Shown here in pieces: positions 1 to 12,727 of a DNA stretch of 64,000 nucleotides. Numbering within the stretch: position 1 is the first letter of the stretch; each line of letters starts with the position of its first letter. The notes under the pieces are model-generated. The model was not told the DNA's origin. It saw only the letters and a program-made list of their open reading frames with translations, and searched no databases. The translations under genes and the position numbers were made by a program. This DNA is from Antedon mediterranea (lineage: Eukaryota > Animalia > Echinodermata), in NCBI RefSeq assembly GCF_964355755.1, contig NC_092675.1:10845812-10909811 (forward strand). Reading direction: 5' to 3'.

Positions 1-371
1 ACGGCCGGCCTTACTGACAACGAAGTTGTGGTATGTCAACAACAGAGTATCGCGTTTCATTCAATGTGACCCAAAAATCTAGGTCTGTATTAATTACGTT
101 CTTCTCTTTCTGCAGTCCCTTTGAGCGATCGATCGTTTTGATACTATATTTAGAATTAGTCAGTGGTAAATTAAATTCAACCGGTTGCAGTGTCTTGAAA
201 TTAGCTTTAGACTGGGCAGGAGGCTTTTAGGCAGCGCGGGACCGCCTGGCTCCGCCCTGCACAATTACATCCCTGCAGTGGGATCCTGAATAAATTTCTA
301 TAAATAGGTTCATCCAGGTAAAGCTAGGTATGAGTCACAGAAAGTACATTTATTTTGAATCCAATACTTAC

Positions 372-3300
372 AACACCACTATGCGCCAATACAAACGGGA
401 GAGCATAAGCTGACACCACTATTCCTGTTGTAAGGAAAAGACATATTTCATGTAGTGCATTGCTAGGCCCACCAGAACCATAATCAGATTCAGTAAGGCG
501 TTGAGATATCCACATTGGCATTGGAGATAGAAGGTAGAATACCAATACAAACATTGGCCACCATCTGTAATAGAAAAATCAATTTTATAAATCAACAGAA
601 ATGTGACAGAAAAGTAATAATTATACATAAAAACTGTGACTAGGATCATGCATTATGTTATAAGTATTTTACCCACTCTTCATAATGACTGCTCCCATCC
701 AAATCTCTAATTAAACAATCCCTCTAAATTAAATGACAACTTTACTGGTAACCATATTTTGACAACGTATTAGACGTGTACATGATATCAGAACAATTGC
801 GAAATTGTTCTGATTTTTCAATGCACACACGCTGTACAGCCATCGTTATAAATGTCTCTCTTGTGCATAAGAAAACCTACCCGATGAGTTTTCACTGTTG
901 TTAACATGTAAGTAGAAGCTATTATATAATGTCACTTCAATTGCTAATGTTTCGGTTTACAAGTCGCACCTGTGTATAAGACGCACCCATATGGATACTG
1001 AAATTTAGTATTTTATATGTAGTCGATGTACAAGACGCACTTATTTCTAGGCCAAAATTTAAATATTTTACAAATAAACCAATGGTTTTTTAATATTAAA
1101 ACTATTCATTTTACTATAATAGTATTATTTGCCTTTATTACATCGTAGTCAGTCTCTACTTCAAGTGAACGTTCCAAAAAAGGGAAATCCCCACATTTCT
1201 TCAGTTACGATGCACTGTGTGGTGGGCTAGCCTATGTCTATTTAAGTTACTTAAATTGCAAATTATTTAAATAATATATACCTTGTTATTGTATGTACAG
1301 TATAACCATTATATAAAATCAATCCAAATGATGCTCATTTTCTAGGGCCAATAATGAACCAGGAATATCATGTACGGTATATGAAAATCTTGCCTAGATT
1401 TCCATATGCATGCATACAAGGAGCACATGGTTAGTGTTCTCGCCTCATACAGACTAGCCTCTGTATGCATGCATATGGAAATAGGTCTTGCTTGGCCAGC
1501 ACTGTTGGCCATTTACATAATGAGATTTGGGGGAGCTTCTTGACATTTAACAACAAGCTCTTCTAGATGTCGCTTGGCATACAAACAATTGCCTACATAA
1601 TTATAAAAATATGTGATTGTTGACATAGAGATGTAATAAAATAAACCATGGTGATCAAGGGAAATAGTTATTCTACAATTAAAATGTGACACCACCGTAT
1701 TAATGGACTCTTCCATAAATGCGCGGATTGATAGTTTCATATTGTGATGTAATGCAGCCACTTTGACCGACCGCGTAAAAGGTAAACAAAGAAAAGAACC
1801 GTAACTTTTCAGAGAAAATACCAGGGGCCGGGCCGGATTTATCAAACTTGCTTAGCAAAAAAATCGTCTTAACTTTGCCTTAAATCCTTGATTTTGCCTA
1901 AGTCAGATTTATCAATATATCTAAGCAAACAAATTTGCTTAATTTTGTCTTAAATCTAAGACGAAAAACACCCTGCCTTAAGATGAAAAATTTCGTCTTA
2001 TCTCATTTCTGCAACAGAAACATTCTTTTTTGACAACGCGAGCGCGCTAGGCCGGAACATTGAACATTCGGAAAGGCTACGCTAGTGCGTTTTACGCTGT
2101 ACTACGGACGCTAAAATAATGATATCGATCTTCACAAAGATGGCCTAGAAATTGGACGAGCAAAACTAATATTTTCGGGATAGGTACGACCCAATTGACT
2201 AGCCTTTAGAAAACTGTATCGGCTGCCAAGGGTCGCTGTCATTGATAAAAATAAATAAATGTTGATTTGATTTAAGTTTAGAGCGAATGATTTTCGTATG
2301 TATTTCCGACTGTTGTGCTCTTTCTCTATTTCAAGTAATAAAAACAATAGTAGCCAGAATGCGCCCTCTCTTGTTGGGAGTGAAAATACGGAGATAAAAT
2401 GTTATAGCGCCGCCATCGCTAAGAGAAAAAAGCTAATACGCATGCGTAAGCAAGAATTTTTCGTCTTAAGACATAATTTGCTGCCCTCTAGAGTTTAATT
2501 TTGCGCATGTGCAAAGTAAAATTGACCTAAGACAATTTTTCTGCTAAGACATTGCTAAGACGGTTTGATAAATAAGATTAAGTTATTTGCTTAAGCACTT
2601 CTTAAATATTTCAGCTTAAGCAAAAATATAAGCAAATATTGATAAATGCCAACCCGGGTCTTTCCCAAATTTGTATTAATGGATTCTTCTAAATATGGAA
2701 AGAAAAATAATTCAGCAACAAGAATAAGTCAGGCTACGCAGATAGCTATTGTTCGTATGTTACCGCTCTTTACCAGCTAGGCCTACAAAACTTCCGAAAC
2801 AAGCTACTTAGGTAGTGCACTGTTTTTCTCTTTTTATAATAATTAACAAGAAATGACCTGATTTAATGTTTTTAAAGTTATATACAGTATATATGCAGTG
2901 GCGGATCTAGGGAGGGTGAATAGCAGTGGCGTATCCAGTAGGGGGCCGGGGGCCCGGGCCCCCCTGATTTCGTTTCCGTCGGCACATCATCGCGGCCGTC
3001 GCCAAACAAAGGTGCCGGGGAAAAAAATAAACTATATTTATTCTGACATTAATTGAACTGTAAACATAATTCTTTTGAGTGTTTGTTTATTTACATATCA
3101 TATCATCATTGATCCCTTCAGATCAACGATTTTTTATTTTCATTACATCTAACGAAACACGTAAAAAATGTGTAGCACGTACGTACGGCCGTACGCGGTA
3201 GATTGTTTACTCAAAAGTCTTTGACCTTACCCTAAACCTTGTTTTTGCATGCAGTTGAGCCTCTCATGACCTGGGATTTGTATGTCTTCCTAAAAGTACG

Positions 3301-6300
3301 CTAAGAGATTATATAGTTCCACATGCCATGTGCTTTTTTGTCCTAAGATATATTTATTATAAGTGCCAAAAACCCGGTTTTTTTTCTCGATATGAGGCCT
3401 TTATTATTCAAAATTTTTAAAGAAAAAGCACATATACCATAACAAATATCCATGTATTTCATTTTTGGAACAGAATATTCCGTGAGGCTCAACTACAAAA
3501 CCACCATTTTATGATATGATATGATGTAATCGTAAGCCAATCAAAGCTGAGCTTTCTCACGATTGGCATTGCTCACGGTTGAATGATTTAGGATTCTAGC
3601 TGATTTGATTGGTGGATGCGAATCACCCGCAGCGGAATGTTTTCTCTCGCGCGTGTACCATGAATCTCTCTCTGATCGTTACTACACAAAGTTAGAGCAA
3701 TGAATGTCCGAATTCCGTTAAGTAAACAACTTTATATATTTTATAAGCATTTAATAAAATGTTTTATTGATATTTCCAATGGTGATATATAAAATAAATT
3801 ACTAAAAAACGTAATTATATGTAATTATTTTAACCAAAAAGGATAATGTTGGTTTGGTTTTAATTTTGCATCGTTATCCCATATAAGACAATATGACTAT
3901 GTAATCCTAGAACATATATTGATCAGAGACGTCGTATATGTACAGATAATGACACCAATTTTGTCGGCAAATTGGCAATTCCCGCCCCCCCCCCCCCCCA
4001 ACTTAAAAAAAAAAGAAAAGAAAAAAAAAAGATGCAACATACCCGCGATCGACGCACCCGTTTTTTTTTTTTTTTTATCAAGAAGGGTAGGCCTAGAGCT
4101 AAGGTTAGCATTAGTTGTGTAAATAGGCCTACATAGTGAAAGAGGAGCTAAGAGTTTTTTTAATTAAAATTACTATTTATGAATTCAAGAGTTTAAAAAT
4201 CTTCGGAAAATACCCACAACTGAGTTTTTCAAAAACACACACACTCTCCTCCTACTACCAGCGTCACGTTTTCTAGCTCGCGCCTCGTGTGAATGCTGCT
4301 GACGTCATCAATCTCCAAAAATACACCATTTTACCATATTCCATTTCAGTTAATTACCGCCTTGGTCCTCCGTGTGTGCAAGCTTGGTATATTTACACCC
4401 CTGAGTGTAGTGTAATAACTTTTTTCTCGCGTTACAGTACAACTTCTATAAAATTGTTTTACTGTACACATAAATCTGTGGACATACTGTATATTTAAGC
4501 TCAGACTTATTCTTGATTGAATATGGGTACCTATAATGTAATTAACTGCATGTTGCCAAATTTTATCTGCAGAGAAACTATGTGGAGTTGGCAGATATTT
4601 TGTGGATAGTACAGTACCCTAAATGACCTAAATGGAGGCGAACTGTTAGTAATAACCACTAAATTTGATGCACGTTAATGAATAAGTCCAAGAAAATAAC
4701 TGAAGTTGGAAAGTAAACATCAAAATGTAGCTGAACGTGTTCTCAAATTTGGTAGTTCACATGAGGTCATAGGATATAAGTTAATGACAGTGGACATTTA
4801 AAACTCCCTAATAATAATTAATAATACCATTTTATGGCATACTTACGATCCAAAAGCTTGTAGAGCACATGCTAACACCACCAGAAGAAGGCCAATTGAT
4901 GCAGAGAATGATAACAGGATTAAACTACAGAATAAGAAATGAAATTAGCTACAGTAACAAAACATTCTGCCAAGTATGTGGATTTGTCTTAATTGGAATA
5001 GACATTGTTTTGTTGCCATTTTAAATTTAAAAAGTATTGCCTATCCAATAATTGTGCAGTTTTTAAGTTTAAGTTTATGACAAATTAGCTAACTATTAGA
5101 GAAACAGAAAGCTGAAATTGGAAATGTATTTGGTACTTACCCTAAAAATGATCAGGAATTAAGCAAATTCAGAATATGAAAAAGAAAGCAAATTGCAATA
5201 TTAACAAAGCAAGGATAAAATTTTACAGTACCTGTATGTAAAGTATATACCAGACACCTGACGGGGACAGACATTCCTATGCAATTGATTGATACATTTT
5301 TTTGTGGTATATAAGTTTTTAAACTGTTAGAACTACCATAAATACCATTACCATAATTTATTTATACAGTATTGCCAATGTTGATTTAATATATAAAAAT
5401 AAATTACTAAAAAAAAAGTAATTTTATATACAATTATTATTGTTGGGAAGCCAGAAAGGGTTTACCTGCACCCTCTAGCAAACTATGTTAACAACATTTT
5501 TTGCTTCCTTATCAATACAAATCAATTTTTTACTGTACTATTACTACAGGGGTCAAAAGGTCAAAGTTAAGACTTGGCGTAACTTGGTAACTACTGTATT
5601 GGAATAGTTTTTGTGACAAACTACTCAGAAGACCCATATTTCTATTCACCCTTTCTCTGACCACTGGTTGAGAAATTGGCCATATGATCTGACCCTTAGA
5701 GAGCACACACTTTTCATATCTCAGAAATTGTTGGGTGGATATGGTCGTAATTGGTGTCAAAATACTCAGAAGATACTATTTCTATTCACTCTAATGGACA
5801 ACTTTTGCCAAAAACGACCGTAAAACTTTATTTTTGACCATTGGTCAAGAAAATGGCCGATATCAATATCTCAGCAACCACTAGTCAGGAAGTAATAATT
5901 TTTGCCTCAAATTACTCGCAAAGTATATATTGCCATATTAATGGTACTCTCGCACATAAAATTCATGATAAATGGCACCTCTAATTTGCAGGCTCTCTCA
6001 TATGTAGCATGCTACCAATGAGTAAAACGATCACACCTTTTCATACACGTAATTAAAGGACGATAACATTTTGTTGCCGATGATATCATTCACTCAGTAT
6101 TTTATTTTGATTGCGTTGCGTTCAAGTTTAATGCGAACATACGTAATATTAACATATCCTCCATGATGATCAATACACTATACTTCATAGCCACACATAC
6201 TGTAGGTATATACACTTTATGCTTACTGACTGCCAGTGATCTAAATAATAGGATGTCCTTTGTATGAATCATTCGTGCCCCAGCCAACGCACTGTATGAG

Positions 6301-9300
6301 TATGATACGCGCGTCAATGTCATGTTACATCCAGGGACCAAAATGCATTTATTTTTCAGGTGAAAATAGGCAATTCATTCGCAACTCTTAGAAATTTACA
6401 GATTGTCACTTTGTTGCACCAATAAGGTTTATCGCAAAGAGCTTGATTTGGCGAGGAACGTCATTTGACAATGCATGATGGGAAGGGTTTGGGAGAAAAT
6501 GTCACGACGCGTACATACAAACAACGAATCATGCACGTACATGGAGTAAGAATAAGAGGAGGCACAACACGGCCTAGCTATCCAGTTAATCCAATTAGTA
6601 TCACGCTGTGCGGTAGTGCTTAAGCATAGGGTAATAAACTTCCCATAACGATCCTTTGAAGAACCCTGTTTACCCGTGCAGCTCACTGCAGAGTCGGCTC
6701 TAATTACGTAACACCCTAATTAAGGAAGAAGCCGGGCATGACATCGGTGACAAGAAAAGTAAACAGAGGCTGCGCAGTAGTTTCTAATACATCATAGTGA
6801 AGCATGACCTTTGTGCAGTTGTTCATTGTTCTTTGAGATTTTTTCTCGAAAAAAACGTTTAAAAATCGAGTAAATTTTCACGGAGATATCGCAGTTTTTA
6901 TACCAGCTAACAAATTAATCATATTTTTTATCAAGCCATAGACCTATCATTTGGTAAATCGAAATTTTACCGTTTAAGCAACTTTTTAATTTACGAACCC
7001 TAGTGCATTTTGTAGCATATTAAAGACTCCAACTTATTTTAAAATCAAATTTTAGTGCACGCAAATGCGCGCATGAAAAAAATTATATAATTTGTTCTCA
7101 TGAATATTCAAAAATATACGTATATTACAATTCCAAAGACACAATTTCTTATTTTTATTACTGTATATGACATTTAATTTATGTTTCAGTCTATATTATG
7201 ACCGTTTAGCAAAACTAAAATTCTTCTATTTTAGTCTGATATTGTATAATTAAATTATTTATGATATTAATATCATAAAATATGATTTTTACGATCACAT
7301 AGTACTACTATGTGATCGTAAAAAATACTTAGAGTTCAGTGAAATTGTAGGACTTAAATTATATATCGTTTAACGATTTGTGGCTACACATAGGCCTACT
7401 ACATAGTAGGCCTCAGTTCGTAATATATTATTATTTAATAAAAAGCCTAAATAAGGATAATATTAATCCCATAATGATGGACATATTTAGTGCATACCGT
7501 AACCGGTAGGCCTAATAGGTTCAGGCATAGGCGCACCTATAGTAATAATAAACAATATCAATAATAATAGCAATAGGTTTTTTATGTAGGTCTATATTAA
7601 TATATTAATAATTGTAATAACGTTAGAAATAGTAGTAATATTTTATTAAAGAAGAAATTACATCAATTAGTCGTTATTATAAAATACGGTATTTAAAATG
7701 GTACTACGAGAATATTCGTTTAGTATCAACCCGTAACAACAACTACAAATTATATGTGTTGGTTAAAAATTCAATTACAAATATAGTCTATATGCTCTTT
7801 TGTAATTATAAGCCATTGTTTAAAAGGATTATGTACAGTTCGGTACATAGCGGTTAATCGTAAAATTAAAAAATCGGAATACGAACAATAGATCGCCAAC
7901 ATTATTCGTACCCTTTTGCTGTATTGCGTACGTCGATACACAGTACACGACTGACGCGGCTGTAAACTTCGCCTGGAAAGTAACTAGTATAGTACACATT
8001 CTGGTCCCAGGATGGAACATGATATCACACGTAAACCGCAATGGAGCATGGATTAAAGAATAGATCCATGAATGGAGCAGGCCCAATGTTAAACAATTCG
8101 TACAAAGGGGAACCGCCAGACAAGCGCGTACCTATTCATTGTATATTAGATCGCTGGCAATAATGCATGCATATAAAGTGCAATAGCCCTCCGCTCCAAC
8201 GTACTAAAAAAAATGGAACGTCGCGGTTTTTCTAGGCGCTGAAGTTATACGAAGTGAACGCGAATGATTTTTACTGTATTCCCCGACGAAAAGTACTCGC
8301 ATTTCCCAGACGGGGAAGAGGGGGGGGAGGGGGGAGATAGGCTCTCCGACGAGGGGATACATCCCCCGTAGCTCCCCGCTGGCACCACCACTGGTCCTTA
8401 TTAAACCCATTAATCCATCATTATTCATGATAAGTTGTCTGGAGAAATTACCAACATTTAGTACACAGTAAACCATATAAATATAATTCCTTTATTGGTG
8501 CCATATAAAACTCGATCGTATTATTAATTTATTAATAAAAGATATCCAGTAGAATAGCGCTGCTTTTTATAAAAATTAATAAACAAGGTCGGAATACAAG
8601 TTCAGTAGGTCTACAAACAGTATAGTACACCTTTCACGCTTGAACGCACATCGCCTAGCAAGAGTTATTGTGACGTCTAATACGCATGTGTACGAACACC
8701 AAACTTGACCGCGGGCAGTAAACATTGTAATCTTTGCTAATTGGGTTATGTAACAGCAGTGTTTAGCACCTATTAAATACTCATTACAAGCATAGCCTTA
8801 AGCATAGCCTTAAGGAAGCGGTAAACACGGTGAACTGACTGAACTATTCAAGTTGTGTCTCCTCTTATTCTTTACTCCATGTCCCAACCCTTCCCATCAT
8901 GCGTCGCGTACGACGTACAGTAGTACGCTATTCGCGATAAATCTCGAACCCTAGGCCTATGTTATGTATGGTCTGCAACAAAAAAATATTGTTGTACCTA
9001 CCCTTATACATAAGGCAAATTTGGCATGCCATATACGCGACCGATTTTGAAAACCGACCGATTCGAAACGCGACCGATTTCAAACGCGACCGGCGGAATG
9101 ATCTGTTTGTGTAACCCTAGCTAGCTAGGCCTAGGGCCTAGCTAGGCCGACTAGCCTAGCTAGACCACTCTCTGTTCCGAGTTTATTCTAGCCTAAATAA
9201 ATACGGATTTAGGCTAGGCCTAGGCCCAGATGAAATTCTTTATTCTGTATTTGGCGCCCTGTATTTATGCCTTAGACCTAGGCTAGTCGTTTAATCAATA

Positions 9301-9353
9301 AATCACGTAAAAAAAGCGCATAATTAACATTACTCACTCCGTAATCCAGCCAT
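372..9353 (-). CDS. LEPROT: Leptin receptor gene-related protein / Vps55 family (LEPROT/LEPROTL1-like), 3' partial
   Basis: Minus-strand exons with GT/AG ends: 9353-9338 (ATG GCT GGA TTA CGG A|gtgagt), 5141 (1 nt, G), 4924-4847 and 564-372. Spliced product [55 protein letters not shown]...[24 protein letters not shown] matches the Vps55/OB-RGRP signature. The last exon lies left of the window. LEPROT versus LEPROTL1 orthology cannot be resolved. Confidence 0.93.
1398..1482. repeat. 21-bp perfect inverted repeat (small hairpin/MITE remnant)
   Basis: atttccatatgcatgcataca (1398-1418) and its exact reverse complement (1462-1482). Confidence 0.85.
1830..2655. mobile_element. Non-autonomous DNA transposon (MITE-like), imperfect TIRs
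   Basis: Left gggccggatttatcaa...cttagca and right ...ttgataaatgccaaccc, with mirrored subterminal cttaag/ctaagac motifs. No clear TSD. Confidence 0.55.
2896..2970 (+). mobile_element. Two adjacent hAT-like transposon left ends
   Basis: CAGTGGCGGATCTAG at 2896 and CAGTGGCGTATCCAG plus a GC-rich ggggcccgggccccc at 2924, typical CAG-start MITE termini. Confidence 0.45.
5141..5141 (-). CDS. LEPROT: Putative single-nucleotide coding microexon of the LEPROT/VPS55 gene
   Basis: Minus strand reads ...ttgctttctttttcatattctgaatttgcttaattcctgatcatttttag|G|gtaagtacca. It supplies the base needed between a phase-1 donor and a phase-2 acceptor (A+G+T = Ser). Confidence 0.75.
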
Positions 9354-9559
9354 ATTTAGACCTCGACGATTGTATCCAATCCAATATCAATTGCAAATAG
9401 ACTAAAATAAAAAAATAAACGACCAATATTTCGGAATTCTGTATGGCGCGCCACCACTCGGCCTAGACCTAATAACTGTGCTTTTGATCATCGTCACCAC
9501 CCGGCCCTCAGTCGCATTTCAAATCGATCAGATTTTTAATTGCGTCGTATTTTGTATTT

Positions 9560-9960
9560 TACGAAGCCTCGTTGGGGACATATGTAAAAAAAAAAGCCTC
9601 CACAACTCGTACGTACGACTTAGATATCTCGTACGTACGCGTTATTATCACGTACCGTCGGACGTACGACTTATTATCTCGTACGTACGTGTTATTTTCT
9701 CGTACGTACGACTTATTATCTCGTAGGCCTACGTACGTGTTATTTTCTCGTACCGTACCTACGAGTTATTAGAGAGCTTTCGCTATCTCGGATCGGGAAC
9801 GAGAACCAGCATTAATCTCGTACTCGAGATCGAGAACAGGTAATTAATGCTGGTTCTCGTTCCCGATCCGAGATAGCGAAAGCTCTCTATTATCTCGTAC
9901 GTACGAGTTATTATCTCGTACGTACGAGATAATAACTCGTACGTACGCGTTATCTTGTAT
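9560..9960 (+). repeat. Interspersed element end with 21-bp tandem array (cgtacgtacgacttattatct)n
   Basis: Terminus tacgaagcctcgttggggacat followed by degenerate 21-mers. The same terminus and array occur inverted at 14186-14402. Confidence 0.8.
9771..9888. mobile_element. 118-bp MITE, 46-bp perfect TIRs, 3-bp TSD (ATT), PIF/Harbinger-like
   Basis: agagagctttcgctatctcggatcgggaacgagaaccagcattaat (9771-9816) and its exact reverse complement (9843-9888). It splits a 21-mer unit with ATT duplicated. Confidence 0.85.
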
Positions 9961-10232
9961 ACGTCACACGTGTAATTGAACCATGAACCTCGTGTGCGCA
10001 CATTGACATGTGGCCTGCTTGTTGACAACTTGATGAGCTAGACTGGCTCTAGTCTATAGTACTACTCTATCAAATGGGATGGCCAGTCTGTGTATTCAGG
10101 AGGAGTGTATATGTGGTTGACAAACCTGTTTTTTTTTTGCCACTGTTAAGTGTAAGCTGACAGCGAATGTGATGTGAGAGAAGTTATAGAGATTTTAAAC
10201 CAGGCGCAAGTTTGTCTAATTAATTACAACAG

Positions 10233-10529
10233 TTCCTGTTAAAAACAACCTAGAATTCTCCACCCCTCTAACCATAAAGTCATCTCATCTTGATTGTGAT
10301 TACAAGAAGACTATTGCTCAGGGCTCATTTGGAGAAGTATTCAAGAGAATGTACCAATATGAGCATGTTGCCGTAAAGAAAGTGAAGTTGAGAAAGGGCA
10401 AGCGTCCGAAGAAGCGGATTATAAGGGAGGCTCAAATAGACCAACAACTCGCACACAAGAAAATTGAAAAGTTCATTGGAATTTGCCTCTGGAGCATCAT
10501 TTATGTCTATCATTACTGAGTTTATGGAG
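10233..10529 (+). pseudogene. Protein kinase N-lobe fragment (subdomains I-V) with a frameshift
   Basis: Translates as ...IKSSHLDCDYKKTIAQGSFGEVFKRMYQYEHVAVKKVK...IIREAQIDQQLAHKKIEKFIGICL, then after a frameshift SIITEFME. Glycine loop, VAVK lysine, alphaC Glu and gatekeeper region are recognisable. No C-lobe follows. Confidence 0.75.
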
Positions 10530-10851
10530 ACACACTGTTTTTCTTTTATGTTTGTGTTGCTTTCAAAGTTAGGTTAACCATTTAAATGGCTGCAGTCGCG
10601 TGCTCAAGTTAGTGTTTACCGACCAACCGACCGACATAGTGAGATGTAGAGTCGCGTTGTCACGCGACTAAAACGTATATATTGACTTGCTTGCCTTTTA
10701 TAATTTTGAAGACATTGAACTATCATCATTAAAGCAGGGAAGAATTGAAAATACAATTTCAATTTCACTCTTCTCTGATTAAAGTGATTTTAAAATATGT
10801 AGTAAAATATAACGAAAATTAAAAGGATAAGAGTGTAAGCTACAGTATGTA

Positions 10852-12136
10852 CCTACTATGTCTAAGATTTTTGAGCGCATTGTGCATGATGGTTTGTCAT
10901 CACATGTTGCTAATGCTTTAAGTCCTAGGCAGCATGGTTTTGTCTCTGGGAGATCATGTCAAACCAACCTCGCACTGCTTCTTGCTACATCATACGATGC
11001 AATTAACAGCAAGAAGCAGTGCGATGTGATTTAGACTGATTTCTCTAAGGCTTTTGATTCCGTTTCCCATGATTTGCTTATTTTTAAACTTTCAAAATTT
11101 GGTTTATCCGGTTCACTGTTAAGTTGGTTTAAAAGCTATTTAACTAATAGACAACAGCGTGTTGTCATTGGGGGAGAGACATCTGATTGGCTCCCTGTGT
11201 TATCGGGCGTTCCGCAGGGCTCGATCCTGGGCCCGCTTTTGTTTAATTTATTTATCAACGATCTTCCTTTAAAATTTAATCATTCCGAGTCTCTTTTATT
11301 TGCTGAAGATCTGAAATTGTTTAAAGTGATTACCACTCCACAGGATGCTTTTTCACTTCAGGAGGATCTGGATAGTCTCGTGGAATGGACGGAGAAGTGG
11401 GGGATAAAACTTAATGCTAATAAATGCAAATATTTATCTATAACACTTAAAAAAAGGCCTGTGCTCTTCAATTATAATCTGAGTGGACATGATCTTGAGA
11501 TGGTTTATGTTTGGAAAGATTTAGGTATTTTTATTGATAGTAAATTAAATTTTTGTTCACATATTAATCATGTGTTGTCAAAAGCTAATAGAATGATGGG
11601 CTTAATATGGAGAAATTGTAGGTTTATGAACGACGGCAGGGCACTTTTATCTTTATACAAATCTATTATACGTCCTCACCTTGAATATTGTTCTGCAATT
11701 TTCAATTCAATTTCTCCATGTCAGGCCCGTCGAATCGACACTGTTCAACGGAAGTTTGTTCGATTCCTGTCTTATAACTGTGTTAATTTTGCCTTTTCCA
11801 TTGATTCTGTCAGCAATCGTCGAACGATATCTGATATGGTTTTTTTATATAATATTTTAAATTCTAAATATGACTGTTCATTAATTTCACTATTTAGTTT
11901 AAATGTTCCTGGTCGTACACGAAATAGACATTTATTGCATATTCCTTTTAGCCGTGTCGACTGTACTAAGAGGGGACTTTTTCATAGACTACCTTATACA
12001 TTTAATAATCTAAATAGCAATCATATCGATATTTTTAATGATAGACTTTGTTATTTTAAGAGGACGATGATGTGTTCACTTCTTGAACAGCCTGCATAAC
12101 CTGTTTTAATTGAAATTATTTATGGCATGCCAATCT

Positions 12137-12178
<42 letters not shown>

Positions 12179-12302
12179 CTGTATTTTATTGTTAACCGTT
12201 TTTGATGTTGTATTGTTTTATGTTTCAAACCTGTTAGTGGCGGTATTTATCGCTGTTGGTTTTGATTGAATAAAATAAAATAAAATAAAATAAAATAAAA
12301 TA
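10852..12302 (+). mobile_element. 5'-truncated non-LTR retrotransposon (CR1/L2/Jockey group), RT and 3' end
   Basis: Motifs SKIFERIV, QHGF, DFSKAFD, GVPQGSILGPLLF and RPHLEYCS. In-frame TAG at 11032, catalytic FADD changed to FAED, ORF ends 12099, (TAAAA)n tail at 12269-12302. Confidence 0.93.
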
Positions 12303-12625
12303 TCAGTTTAGAAGTAGACACTGACTATCTACCATCGTTTGAGGCTAAAATTAGGATATTATAAATAATATTAAGAAGCACAGAGTAGGCTATGTGTCAA
12401 TTTAGGATTTTTCAAATAAAATAAAATCATCATAAAACTTATTTTTGATTTACTGAATGTTGACACATATACATACTGATATCTTCACAACTTTAGAAAT
12501 CTAAACGAATAGTGATAACATCTTTGACACTTTTTCTATTAATTAAGAGCTCTGTAAGGTGCTCTTTAATCTTTAAAGGCACGACGTATTCTGCCCAACC
12601 TTTAACATCATGGCACCAGTGGTTT

Positions 12626-12727
12626 TTTAATACCATACTTATGCCTATTACTAAGGTAACATTATATTGCTACATGTTTAATACCATACTTATGCCTATT
12701 ACTAAGGTAACATTATATTGCTACATG
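12626..12727 (+). repeat. 51-bp tandem duplication
   Basis: tttaataccatacttatgcctattactaaggtaacattatattgctacatg repeated twice. Confidence 0.85.

Noticed and set aside
1513-1845. 110-aa minus-strand ORF in a LEPROT intron
   Set aside because: No homology or splice context, and it starts inside a MITE terminus.
2924-8393. One large hAT element from CAGTGGCG (2924) to CACCACTG (8393)
   Set aside because: No TSD, the TIR match is short, and the span includes host exons. These are independent ends.
9328-9337. GTAATG donor at 9333 as the explanation for the LEPROT frame
   Set aside because: It restores frame but is weaker than the GTGAGT at 9337 and inserts an Asp not present in family sequences as I recall them. 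Disfavoured, not excluded.
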